Shown here: positions 49,187 to 58,289 of the stretch, piece after piece
How the letters are laid out: the number at the start of each line of letters is the position of its first letter
Numbering within the stretch: position 1 is the stretch's first letter
Origin: Dehalococcoidia bacterium
Lineage (GTDB): Bacteria; Chloroflexota; Dehalococcoidia; Lucifugimonadales; QGNO01
DNA length: 64,000 nt
Direction of reading: 5' to 3'
NCBI GenBank assembly: GCA_965261445.1
Contig: CBDHCW010000025.1
Location: forward strand, 13,870 to 77,869
Made by a program: the position numbers and the translations under genes
Notes under the pieces: model-generated
Seen by the model: only the letters and a program-made list of their open reading frames with translations
Databases searched by the model: none
What the model was told of the DNA's origin: nothing

Positions 49187-49514
49187 GTTCTTCCCTCAAC
49201 AACGAGACCTCTCCTTGGAGGCAAACCAAACCCATGCCTCAATTTAACAGCATAGCCGCTCAGGGGATGCTTCGCCATCCTAGCCACATGCCGGAGCGCG
49301 ACCCGAATGGGACCTGGAGACGTGAATAAACTCCTCGGTACTCCGTAGGCTCTTCATGGCAGGGACGCAATAGCAACAAAAAAGTGCGGTACTCGTGGGC
49401 TGTTGACTTGGATGCAGACGGATAGATAAAGTGGGGCGCCAAAGGGTGTGCCAGTTGCCAACTAGCCCCCTGCGCTGCCAGACAACCCCTTAGGAAGAGG
49501 TACAATCTTACTGT

Positions 49515-49919
49515 ATGGATACTGATCTCGACGCTAAGTGCACGGTCGTAAAGCCGGGCGAGCTTGAGGTGGAGGTCGCGTCGGGCGCGATGACACGGCT
49601 GGCCGGCGTGTCGCAGGCGCTGGTGGGTGCCAAGGGCATTCATCTTGCGGTCGCCACCATTCCGCCCGGTTGCGCTTCCTCGCCTCACTACCACGTAAAC
49701 TGCGAGTCAGCCATTTACGTGCTGAAGGGTAAGGGGCGGTTCCTCACTGGAAAACGGCTCGATAACAGCTTGTCGATAGCACCGGGCGACTTTATCTATG
49801 TGCCGCCGCATTCGGTACATCAGCCCGTCAACGACAGCCTGACGGAGCCGATGGAGCTGATCGTGGCGCGCAACGCGCCGGTGGAAATCGTCGTCGAGCA
49901 CGACCCCTCCGCCGAGTAG
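49515..49919 (+). CDS. Cupin domain protein
   Basis: PPGCASSPHYHVNCESAIYVLKG...DFIYVPPHSVHQPVN, i.e. cupin motifs 1 and 2. Confidence 0.75.
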   Translation: MDTDLDAKCTVVKPGELEVEVASGAMTRLAGVSQALVGAKGIHLAVATIPPGCASSPHYHVNCESAIYVLKGKGRFLTGKRLDNSLSIAPGDFIYVPPHSVHQPVNDSLTEPMELIVARNAPVEIVVEHDPSAE

Positions 49920-50057
49920 CTCCCCTTCAGTTCGGGGCGTATGGTCGTCCGCGAGTACGTGGACGAGAGTGGTCGTATCACCGACAGTCCCCAGTGAAGA
50001 TGACGCGTACGGTAGGGCAATACCATCTTTTGAGATGTGGCTGGGGACTCTGTGAGT

Positions 50058-50167
50058 CTGCCACCTCCACCTTCCCCATTGCCCGCCGCTCTTGCTATCC
50101 TTGCCTCACCATGACAACCACCCACACCCACGTCGTCCCCATTCCCAGGGCGGATTCCGCCGCTTCC
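50058..50167 (+). repeat. ~110-bp GC-rich direct repeat, left copy (flanks the TA pair)
   Basis: Roughly 90% identical to 50821..50929 by manual alignment. Confidence 0.8.
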
Positions 50168-50213
50168 CCTAATGTTGTAAACTATCCTCAATAGCCACCC
50201 TTGGAAAGTCGTT

Positions 50214-50444
50214 ATGGAACAACCGCGCATCACAATTGACCCCAATGTTCACTTCGGCAAGCCGTGCATCAAAGGCACGCGTATCCCCGTCTATGCCGTG
50301 CTGGAGCTGTTGGAAGACGGCGCCACCTTTGACGACATCTTGCGTGACTACTACCCGGATATTACCCATGATGACATTAAGGCATGCATCCACTACGCTA
50401 CGCAACTCGTCAAGAATGAAGAAGTGCACATTGCTGGCGGCTAG
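50214..50444 (+). CDS. DUF433-family antitoxin-like protein
   Basis: ITIDPNVHFGKPCIKGTRIPVYAVLELLEDGATFDDILRDYP pattern typical of DUF433. Confidence 0.8.
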   Translation: MEQPRITIDPNVHFGKPCIKGTRIPVYAVLELLEDGATFDDILRDYYPDITHDDIKACIHYATQLVKNEEVHIAGG

Positions 50445-50449
50445 CAGGC

Positions 50450-50809
50450 ATGCGTTTCCTCGCCGACCAGGATGTCTATGCCTACACTATCGCTTTCCTC
50501 CGCTCTCAAGGCCATGACGTACTAACCGCCCGCGAAGCTGGCCTTTCCACCACGCCAGACCAAGAAATTCTTGGCCGTGCCCTAGAAGCAGGAAGGATTC
50601 TCCTTACCAGAGATTCTGACTTCGGGAGCCTTGCTTTCCTTAATATGCAGCCTTCCACCGGTATCATTCTCTTACGTATTGCCAGACAGACGGCTTCACA
50701 GGTACATCAAGAACTCCTACGCCTCATAACAGAGCACACTGAAGAAGAACTCCACTACTCGTTTGTGGTAGTTGAGCCAAGCCGCCATCGTATCCGTAAC
50801 CTTCCCTAA
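50450..50809 (+). CDS. DUF5615 (Mut7-C/PIN-like) toxin-like protein
   Basis: MRFLADQDV...GHDV...ILLTRDSDF pattern. It starts 5 nt after the DUF433 gene. Confidence 0.75.
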   Translation: MRFLADQDVYAYTIAFLRSQGHDVLTAREAGLSTTPDQEILGRALEAGRILLTRDSDFGSLAFLNMQPSTGIILLRIARQTASQVHQELLRLITEHTEEELHYSFVVVEPSRHRIRNLP

Positions 50810-50820
50810 CCCCCACCCCC

Positions 50821-50929
50821 CTGCCACCTCCCCCTTCCTCATCGCCCGCCGCTCTTGCTATCCTTGCCTCACCATGACAAGCACTCACAACCCACGCCGT
50901 CCCCATTCCCGGGGCGCATTCCGCCGCTT
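50821..50929 (+). repeat. ~110-bp GC-rich direct repeat, right copy
   Basis: See 50058..50167. Confidence 0.8.
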
Positions 50930-50961
50930 TCTTGACGGAATCCTGTCCTTACATGACGATA

Positions 50962-51046
50962 TTCGGATTTGTTTCCCATATTTGCAAAAAAGTGGTTCGC
51001 GTTTAGCTTTGGAATTTGACATAACGTCTGAAACAATTCCCTCCCC
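50962..51046 (+). repeat. ~83-nt dispersed intergenic module, copy 2
   Basis: Matches 17146..17228. Lies 109 nt upstream of the sbcD-fragment start. Confidence 0.7.
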
Positions 51047-51154
51047 CAGGCAGGAAAACCTCTACTCCGCCCCGCCCTCCTCTTGTCTAGTGCACGCCTA
51101 CTGCCCCTACAATCTGCATACCATGGACGCACTTATGTCAAGGAGCAACCCGCC

Positions 51155-51388
51155 GTGAAGCTCATCCACTTCTCAGACCTCCACATCGGCGTCGAGAACT
51201 ATGGCATGCTGGACCCCGATACCGGCATGTCCACCCGACTCCTCGACTTCCTCGCCGCCTACGACGAGCTCGTCCAGTACGCCATCGACAACCGCGTAGA
51301 TGCCGTCCTTTTTGCCGGCGACGCATACAAGAACCGCGACCCCTCGCAGACCCACCAGGGCATCGAGTACTCGCCGCCCTGTTCCTGA
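51155..51388 (+). pseudogene. SbcD/Mre11-type nuclease, N-terminal ~70-aa fragment
   Basis: VKLIHFSDLHIG...AVLFAGDAYKNRDPS are metallophosphoesterase motifs I-II. Similarity then ends and a stop follows. AAGGAG RBS upstream of the GTG at 51155. Confidence 0.7.
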
Positions 51389-51669
51389 TAGACCAGGTGG
51401 AGCCTACGGCATCTTTTACACCTTCGCACGAAGCCCTGGCACGGCTCGCAGACCCTGATCACGTCGCGGCTGTCGCAGGAGAAGCTAACGACCACGGGAT
51501 CCCCCCACGTGTGCCTGCAACGCTCCGGTCCTTCGCTGGCATCGAGAGGTGGAGGCGGCAGGCTGGACGCCATACATGCCTAGCCTTGCGCTCCCTAGAG
51601 TACACGATGCCAGTCCCTGCCAGCGATGGGTTAACCAAGACGACTGAAGTACTTAGTGTCAGGGTATAC

Positions 51670-51744
51670 TGGCTCCCCGGGTAGGACTCGAACCTACGAC
51701 CAATCGGTTAACAGCCGACCGCTCTACCACTGAGCTACCGGGGA
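51670..51744 (-). tRNA. tRNA-Asn (anticodon GTT), CCA encoded
   Basis: Folded by hand as follows. Acceptor TCCCCGG/CCGGGGA. D arm GCTC-AGTGGTA-GAGC. Anticodon stem GTCGG/CCGAT with loop CTGTTAA. T arm GTAGG-TTCGAGT-CCTAC. Discriminator G, then CCA. Confidence 0.9.
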
Positions 51745-51866
51745 GTGCGGGGACAACCCTCTGATTCTAGCCTGTCTACTACGGGCAGGCAAGCCAGAGC
51801 TTACCGATCAATTCCAAAACGGCCGCCGTGACATGTCTGCGGCATCTACAGGCAGGACTTCCGCAT

Positions 51867-53003
51867 TCAACCCGTTGCCCCGAATTCCTTCAGCTTTGCT
51901 TGCTCTTCCAACGTATAGCCCAGCTCGGTAAGGATGACTTCCGTGTCCGCTCCCATGAACGATGGCTCGTGAAGCAATCCAGCGGGCGTGCCAGCGAACT
52001 TCATGCCGAAACCCGGCTCGTACTGCCTCTCCCCGGTGTCGGGAGCGGTTGTTTCCAATATCATCTCACGGGCTTTGAAGTGAGCGTCGTTCACAAAGTG
52101 CTCCATCGACGAGTTGACCGGCCCGAACTCGATGTCGTGCTCTTCAAGGATATCCATCCATTCAGCAAGCGGCTTGCTCTTGAACCGCTCCCTGAAGAAG
52201 CGAAACATCTCATCACGTAATTCCCCGGTCGGGCGTATGTGCGGTATCCAATCTTCCCGTTCCAATAGACGGCAGAGGCGTTCCCAGAACCAGGGCTCCC
52301 GTGTGCTCAATGCCACGTGGCGGCCATCACTGGTCTCATAGATGTTCAGGCCGGGATAGGCGCCCACCAGCATCTCGTCCTTGTGCTCGTTGGGCAGCCT
52401 CAGGGATACGTCGGTAAACGACACGTCGATGTACTGGCCCTCGCCGCTGCCAGCGCGTCGCAGTAGGCCCATCAACAGCGCCATGGCGGCGAAGTAAGCG
52501 GCATTAAGGTCGGCCTGACCCTGGCTCACCATGGGGACTTGGGGCTTGCCGTCGTCGTCCAATGGCAGCATGCCCGATACGCTTTGGAATGCGAGATCGT
52601 GGGCGGCGAGGCCTGAATACGGTCCGGTTTGACCGAAGCCTGTCAGCGAGCAGTACACAATGTCCGGCTTGGCCATTCTTACGGAGTCGTAATCAACACC
52701 CAGGCGCTTCACCGCCCCGGGCCGGTTGCTTTCCAGCACGGCATCCGATTGCTTGGCCAGCCGCATGAATACGCCGAGAGCGCCCTCGGAACGCATGTTT
52801 AGAAACAGGCTACGTTTGTTGCGATGATTGATAGCGTCGCCGCGGCGCATACCGCCTTCACCGGGCGCGGCGCGTTGCGCGTATCCCGGCTGGACCACGG
52901 AGACTACCTCCGCTCCGTAGTCCGCGAGGATACCAGTGGCCTGGCGGCCGGGCCCGGCTCGGCAGAGATCTATTATGCGGTAACCTTCCAATGGGCCAGG
53001 CAT
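51867..53003 (-). CDS. Family III CoA-transferase (CaiB/BaiF)
   Basis: GYRIIDLCRAGPGRQATGILADYGAEV N-terminal motif. 378 aa. Confidence 0.85.
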   Translation of the reverse strand: MPGPLEGYRIIDLCRAGPGRQATGILADYGAEVVSVVQPGYAQRAAPGEGGMRRGDAINHRNKRSLFLNMRSEGALGVFMRLAKQSDAVLESNRPGAVKRLGVDYDSVRMAKPDIVYCSLTGFGQTGPYSGLAAHDLAFQSVSGMLPLDDDGKPQVPMVSQGQADLNAAYFAAMALLMGLLRRAGSGEGQYIDVSFTDVSLRLPNEHKDEMLVGAYPGLNIYETSDGRHVALSTREPWFWERLCRLLEREDWIPHIRPTGELRDEMFRFFRERFKSKPLAEWMDILEEHDIEFGPVNSSMEHFVNDAHFKAREMILETTAPDTGERQYEPGFGMKFAGTPAGLLHEPSFMGADTEVILTELGYTLEEQAKLKEFGATG

Positions 53004-53012
53004 AAGCGCCTC

Positions 53013-54341
53013 CTACTCAGCGAAATCCTCGCTCCTTGAGAAGGAGCGCATTAGCTTGAGGTAAGATTCCTTTTCATACGGCAGCTTGGCTTTGTTCAGA
53101 ACATCCTTTGCAACGGAGGCCCCGTCCGCAAGCAAATCCACGACGGTCATGGCCATGGCTTTTGCGGGGTTGATTACTGCTTTGGTGTAGTCTTGGATAA
53201 GGTAATCGGCGCCATGGCCAATTCCCGTAACGCCGCCCGCATAGGGATGGATCGCGGGGATGATCTGGCTGATATCACCCATATCCGTCGACCCTGTGCG
53301 GTGTCCGGTGTAGCTCACGTTCTCTTCGCCCACGAGACGAACGGCGTTTCCCCGCCACAAGCCCATCATCTCCGGGTTCATGTTGAGCGGCAAGTAGCCG
53401 GGGATGGTATCGATTTTGACTCTGGCTCCCACCGCCATGGCTCCCGCGCGCAGGGCACGGTCGACCTTCCTATCCCAGTCCAAGATGGCGCTTGCATTAC
53501 TGGCGCGTACAAATGTCTCCAGCCGGACGTCGGAAGGCACCGCACTCACCGCATCTCCGCCGCGGGTTACAATGGGGTGCACTCGCACCGTATCAGCGCC
53601 GTGGAACGTTTCCCGCAAAGCATGAACGGATTGAAGTCCCAGCATTGCGGCGTTGAGGGCATTGATACCCATGTGCGGCGATCCGCCGGCGTGTGCGCCC
53701 CTTCCCAGGTATGAGATGTGCTTCACCACAAGCCCGTTGTTTGTGCCGGAAGCGGCCAGCAGCCCGTCCTCCGGTGTGCTGGTGGTATGCGTCATCATTG
53801 CCAGGTCAACGTCATCGAATTCCCCCAGCCTCACCAGCTCAGGCTTGCCGCCTATGAACTCAACCGTGCCTTCCCGTCGCAGGCCGTTGCGGAACTCCAC
53901 TTCAACCAGCTCTTCGGCGGGGACGGCAAAGAACACCAGTCTGCCTGAAAGCTGGTTGAGCACGCCGGAAAGCCGTAAGCCCATGGCCACGCCGAGCATC
54001 ATTGCAATCTGGCAGTGATGGCCGCAAGCATGGGCGGCCCCGGTATCCGGGTCAGCCTCGCGGTGGTCGGGTACAATCATGGAGTCGAGCTCGCCAATTA
54101 CTGCTACGGATGGCCCCGGCGAGCCTGCCTCCACCCAGGATTTGACGCCGGTAATGGCAAGGTTGTCCCTGTGAGGAAGCTCCAGCTTGTTGAACTCTTC
54201 CTGAACCAAGCGCGCAGTTTTCTGCTCTCTAAAACCTGGCTCCGGCCCAGCGAGGATCCGTTTCGCTACTTCTATCAGGTCAACGGCATGCTGATCGATA
54301 ACCTCGTTGACCCTTGCCTTCATCTCCTCTTTGGTAGACAA
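53013..54341 (-). CDS. M20-family amidohydrolase (aminobenzoyl-glutamate hydrolase B / M20D-like)
   Basis: AHACGHH metal-binding motif, with length and layout of M20 amidohydrolases. Confidence 0.75.
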   Translation of the reverse strand: MSTKEEMKARVNEVIDQHAVDLIEVAKRILAGPEPGFREQKTARLVQEEFNKLELPHRDNLAITGVKSWVEAGSPGPSVAVIGELDSMIVPDHREADPDTGAAHACGHHCQIAMMLGVAMGLRLSGVLNQLSGRLVFFAVPAEELVEVEFRNGLRREGTVEFIGGKPELVRLGEFDDVDLAMMTHTTSTPEDGLLAASGTNNGLVVKHISYLGRGAHAGGSPHMGINALNAAMLGLQSVHALRETFHGADTVRVHPIVTRGGDAVSAVPSDVRLETFVRASNASAILDWDRKVDRALRAGAMAVGARVKIDTIPGYLPLNMNPEMMGLWRGNAVRLVGEENVSYTGHRTGSTDMGDISQIIPAIHPYAGGVTGIGHGADYLIQDYTKAVINPAKAMAMTVVDLLADGASVAKDVLNKAKLPYEKESYLKLMRSFSRSEDFAE

Positions 54342-54350
54342 GTCGCCTCC

Positions 54351-54962
54351 TCAAACAAACCTTGCGGAAGCCATCGCCCCTACTGCTATCAGCAGTAGGA
54401 TAGCCGTGGCCTGGCCCGATATCCTCAGCCGGGAGGATAGACCTTGGATTTCTCCCATCTCCTCTGCAGTTGGCTGGCGACTCTGGATGGTCTTGCCTAT
54501 CTTCCGCATCCTGAGATTGGTGCGTATAGTCGTCAGGTTGAGCACATAGGCGGCCATAGTGGTAACCAGTCCCAGCCCCATGGCCCAACCCCAGCCCGTT
54601 TCGTGCAGGGTGTCCAGGCTATTGCCCCTTAGGACGAAAATCAAAACGATGCCGGATACAATGTTGATGGTTCCCGCGGAAGCAAAGGTAACTCCGATGG
54701 CTCCTGCCATGGAGCGCATCACCGTCTGCTGTATGGCTGGTCCCAGTGCTCGTAGGCGCGGTTCCATTACAAAAGCCAGGAACAGGGAGACGCCGGCCCA
54801 AATTACACCGGAAACTATATGCAGCAGCCGCCAGAACACCAGATCAATATCTATGGTTGACCTCCACCAACGAGTACAGAGGGCATTTAGTGTATCAGAA
54901 GACGTTGCTCTGCAAGCAACCATGAGACACATTTGCAATAATACACCTATGAAAGTGGTCAT
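54351..54962 (-). CDS. Hypothetical integral membrane protein
   Basis: Four predicted TM helices. As drawn, the ORF start overlaps the divergent glycerate kinase start by 14 nt, so the real start is probably an internal codon. Confidence 0.45.
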   Translation of the reverse strand: MTTFIGVLLQMCLMVACRATSSDTLNALCTRWWRSTIDIDLVFWRLLHIVSGVIWAGVSLFLAFVMEPRLRALGPAIQQTVMRSMAGAIGVTFASAGTINIVSGIVLIFVLRGNSLDTLHETGWGWAMGLGLVTTMAAYVLNLTTIRTNLRMRKIGKTIQSRQPTAEEMGEIQGLSSRLRISGQATAILLLIAVGAMASARFV

Positions 54963-56112
54963 AGCACCTCAGGTTTTCAAGGGCGGTCTTAGTGGCATGG
55001 AAGCGGCCCGCGCCATAGGGCGAGGTGTCCTCAGAGTGTACCCGGATGCGGAGAACGTGCTGCTGCCGGTTGCCGATGGCGGCGACGGCACCCTGGAAGC
55101 CTTGGTGGGCCCTTCAGGCAGTTACTTTGAAGCGCAGATCTCAGGCCCGCTGGGTGAACCAGTCAGGGCTCAGTGGGGCGTGATGCCCGACGGCAAAACC
55201 GCGGTTATCGAGATGGCGCGGGCTTCCGGCTTGGCGCTAGTTCCTCCGGAACGGCGCGACCCCCGGCTGACTACAAGTTACGGTGCCGGCGAGCTGATAA
55301 GGGAGGCCTTGGACAAAGGCTGCCGTGAAATAATAATAGGAGTTGGAGGCAGCGCCACCAACGATGCAGGTGCAGGAATGGCGCAGGCGCTGGGCGCCAG
55401 GCTTACCGATGACGGCGGGAATCAGGTGAGTTTTGGGGGCGCTGCTTTGTCGAATTTGAGGCGCATAGAGCTGGGCGCTATGGATACGCGGCTCATGGAA
55501 TGTCGAATAAGAGTAGCCGCCGATGTCAACAACCCGCTCTGCGGGCCCCTGGGCGCAGCAGCGATTTACGGGCCGCAAAAGGGGGCCACCGCTGAAATGG
55601 TTGACCTGCTGGACTCTGCCCTGAGGCGCTTTGCCGAAATTGTGGAGAGTGACCTGGGAGTGGACCTGATACACCTGCCCGGGGCCGGCGCCGCGGGCGG
55701 TGCCGGCGGAGGACTCGTGGCTCTATTGGGCGCACGGTTGGAGTCGGGGGCGGCCCTTGTCTGCGACGCACTCCACTTGGAGGAACATCTGCAGGATGCG
55801 GACCTGGTCATCGTCGGTGAGGGCAGAATGGACGCTCAAACGGTCTACAACAAAGCGCCCATAGTCGCGGCCCAGCGCGCCAGGAAGCTGGGCTTGCCTG
55901 TTGTTGCAGTCGCGGGTTCGCTGGGAGAGGGGCATCAGGCGGTGTTTCAACATGGAATTAGCGACGTTGAAAGCGCTGCGCCGCATGACCTCCCCTTGGA
56001 TGAAGCGTTGCAGCGCGCCGGTGAGCTGGTGGCAGAGGCCGGAGAGCGAGTGGTAAGGAGAAATAAGAGAGACTCGACTAGATACCGGCGGCCTCGGAGG
56101 TTTCCAGGATGA
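54949..56112 (+). CDS. glxK: Glycerate kinase
   Basis: MKVVIAPQVFKGGLSG...LPVADGGDGT...GVGGSATNDAGAGM motifs. The 517-aa track ORF from 54559 is an antisense run-in. The 3' end overlaps convergent lutC by 35 nt. Confidence 0.85.
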   Translation: MKVVIAPQVFKGGLSGMEAARAIGRGVLRVYPDAENVLLPVADGGDGTLEALVGPSGSYFEAQISGPLGEPVRAQWGVMPDGKTAVIEMARASGLALVPPERRDPRLTTSYGAGELIREALDKGCREIIIGVGGSATNDAGAGMAQALGARLTDDGGNQVSFGGAALSNLRRIELGAMDTRLMECRIRVAADVNNPLCGPLGAAAIYGPQKGATAEMVDLLDSALRRFAEIVESDLGVDLIHLPGAGAAGGAGGGLVALLGARLESGAALVCDALHLEEHLQDADLVIVGEGRMDAQTVYNKAPIVAAQRARKLGLPVVAVAGSLGEGHQAVFQHGISDVESAAPHDLPLDEALQRAGELVAEAGERVVRRNKRDSTRYRRPRRFPG

Positions 56113-56833
56113 CCATGTGGACTACCATTGGGCCGTGAACTCCCGTGACTAGGGTTTGTTCTATGTCCGCGGTACGACTGGGCCCGGTGATCAAACTGAG
56201 GTAGCTTCCCATGTCGCCTTGTCCTTCCATAAAGGCCAGGCGCCGCAAAGCGAACAGGTCGTCCAGGGTCTCGTAGACCTGGTGCGCCTCGATAACCGCG
56301 ACATGTACGGGGGGAAGTATAGATACCAGGCGGCTCACCCCCTGTCGGGGTACCAGTGCGCACGTGCCGGTCTCGGCTATGGCATAGTCCACGCCGGTAA
56401 TGCCCATGTCGGCCTGCGCCATGTCGTTCCGTAGTTGCTCCCTCAGCGAGTCTTCCTTTGCCGTGGCCACGGTGAGGTGGACGCCAAGTTTAGCCAGGGC
56501 ATCGTCTATGGGCAGACGGTGGAACACCTCGTGTGCGGAGCGCACGACCAGCCTGGCCCTCTGTTCTCTGGCTATGGATAGAATGTATTCGGTGGCTTCT
56601 TCCGTGGTTGCGGCTCTGAGCACGTTCCATCCAGCATTGAACGCGGACTGGGCCAGCCGTTCCAGCAACTCGGTGCGACGTGCCTGAGCGCGCGCCTCTA
56701 TGGTCACAACCTTCTGCCTTTGTATCTCTCGCCTAGTCTTAAGGCGGTGGTAGTCCGGCCGCTCCGAAGTTCCCCGGCGTCCCAGAGCTTCTTGCACCCC
56801 GGCGATGAACTTATGTCTGGATGTGCCCGTCAT
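56078..56833 (-). CDS. lutC: Lactate utilization protein C (LutC/LldG, LUD domain)
   Basis: LUD-domain ORF immediately downstream of lutB. Confidence 0.75.
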   Translation of the reverse strand: MTGTSRHKFIAGVQEALGRRGTSERPDYHRLKTRREIQRQKVVTIEARAQARRTELLERLAQSAFNAGWNVLRAATTEEATEYILSIAREQRARLVVRSAHEVFHRLPIDDALAKLGVHLTVATAKEDSLREQLRNDMAQADMGITGVDYAIAETGTCALVPRQGVSRLVSILPPVHVAVIEAHQVYETLDDLFALRRLAFMEGQGDMGSYLSLITGPSRTADIEQTLVTGVHGPMVVHMVILETSEAAGI

Positions 56834-56840
56834 AGCCTGT

Positions 56841-58289
56841 TCAATGGGTCTCTTTGTCTCCCTGTTTCAGCTTCTGTTCCCATACCTTGTGGAACGACTT
56901 GGGCGCCAGGCGAGGGAAGTCCCTGTTGCGCGTCCACTTGGAGAATGGAGCCATCGGTATTCTTCGCAGGCGGCTGCCTTTGACAAACGGCCGCTGCGCC
57001 AAGGCGGCGATGGCCCTGTACTTTGACAGAGCCCCTTCTGAAGCAACGATGCGGCTCCATATCCCAAAGCCGAACCGCTCCAGGAAGGTGGCCTTGCGCT
57101 CCTCTTTGCCGCCTTCCTTCAGGTCTTGACGCAGCTTCAGCAGCATCCTTGGGATGTTAATTTTAACCGGACAGGCATCGCGGCACGCCCCGCAAAGCGT
57201 GGAGGCGAAGGGCAGATCCTTGGCATTCCCCAGCCCGTTCATGGCAGGGGTCAAGACGGAGCCTATGGGGCCGGGATAGACCCAGCCATAGGCGTGTCCC
57301 CCTATCTTCTGGTATACAGGACAGGTGTTGAGACAGGCGCCGCAGCGGATGCAGTTGAGAGCTTCCCGGAGCTCCGGGTCTGCCAGGAGCTTGCTCCGTC
57401 CGTTGTCCATGATCACCAGGTGAAACTCCTCAGGCCCGTCCTCATCGCTGGGGCGGCGCGGCCCGGAAACGAGAGTTACGTAAGAGGTGAGCCGCTGCCC
57501 GGTGGCGGCCCTGGGTAGCAGACGAAGCATGACGGCCAGGTCCTCCAGGGTAGGGACCACCTTTTCCATGCCCATGAGCGCGACGTGGATGCGGGGCAAG
57601 GAGGTGCTCAACCGTCCATTGCCTTCATTGGTGAATATGGCGATTGTCCCCGTTTCCGCAACGGCGAAATTCACGCCTGTTATTCCCATATCCGCTTCTA
57701 AGAACTTACTGCGAAGCGCTTTTCTTGCCGCGATGGTGAGAGCGGGAATACCGGCCTTCTTTCGCGTGCCCAGCTTTTCGTTGAACAGGACGCCAACTTC
57801 TTCCTTGGACTTGTGAAGCGCGGGCGCAATGAGATGAAACGGCGTTTCATTGGATAGCTGCAGTATGAACTCGCCAAGGTCTGTTTCCACGGGTTCTATG
57901 CCGTTGTTCTCCAGGACATGATTCAGCCCCATCTCTTCTGAGACCATGCTCTTGCTCTTGGTGGCCAGCTTTACGCCTCGACTGCGCGCCACCTCCAGCA
58001 TAATGTCGGTCGCCTCTTTAGAATCGCGGGCAAAGTGGACAGTTCCCCCGTTTTGCTGCACGCGGTCGGTTAGAAGCTCCAGGTAGTAGTCCAGGTTTGC
58101 AATTGTGTGCTCTTTGATGCGTCGGCCCTGCTCCCGGTATTCCTCCCAAACCTCTGGCGTCAGTTCCGCCACTGCTCTGCGACGCGCTAGGTCGAACCCT
58201 TCAGAGACCCGGGACAGAGATCTCTGTACCTGCTTGCTGGCGAGCGCCTGAAGGGATAGCTCCTTGAACTGTTCAGATCTGACTTCCAC
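56841..58289 (-). CDS. lutB: Lactate utilization iron-sulfur protein LutB/LldF
   Basis: CIRCGACLNTCPVY and CGACRDACPV ferredoxin-type clusters, plus a LUD domain. Confidence 0.85.
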   Translation of the reverse strand: MEVRSEQFKELSLQALASKQVQRSLSRVSEGFDLARRRAVAELTPEVWEEYREQGRRIKEHTIANLDYYLELLTDRVQQNGGTVHFARDSKEATDIMLEVARSRGVKLATKSKSMVSEEMGLNHVLENNGIEPVETDLGEFILQLSNETPFHLIAPALHKSKEEVGVLFNEKLGTRKKAGIPALTIAARKALRSKFLEADMGITGVNFAVAETGTIAIFTNEGNGRLSTSLPRIHVALMGMEKVVPTLEDLAVMLRLLPRAATGQRLTSYVTLVSGPRRPSDEDGPEEFHLVIMDNGRSKLLADPELREALNCIRCGACLNTCPVYQKIGGHAYGWVYPGPIGSVLTPAMNGLGNAKDLPFASTLCGACRDACPVKINIPRMLLKLRQDLKEGGKEERKATFLERFGFGIWSRIVASEGALSKYRAIAALAQRPFVKGSRLRRIPMAPFSKWTRNRDFPRLAPKSFHKVWEQKLKQGDKETH

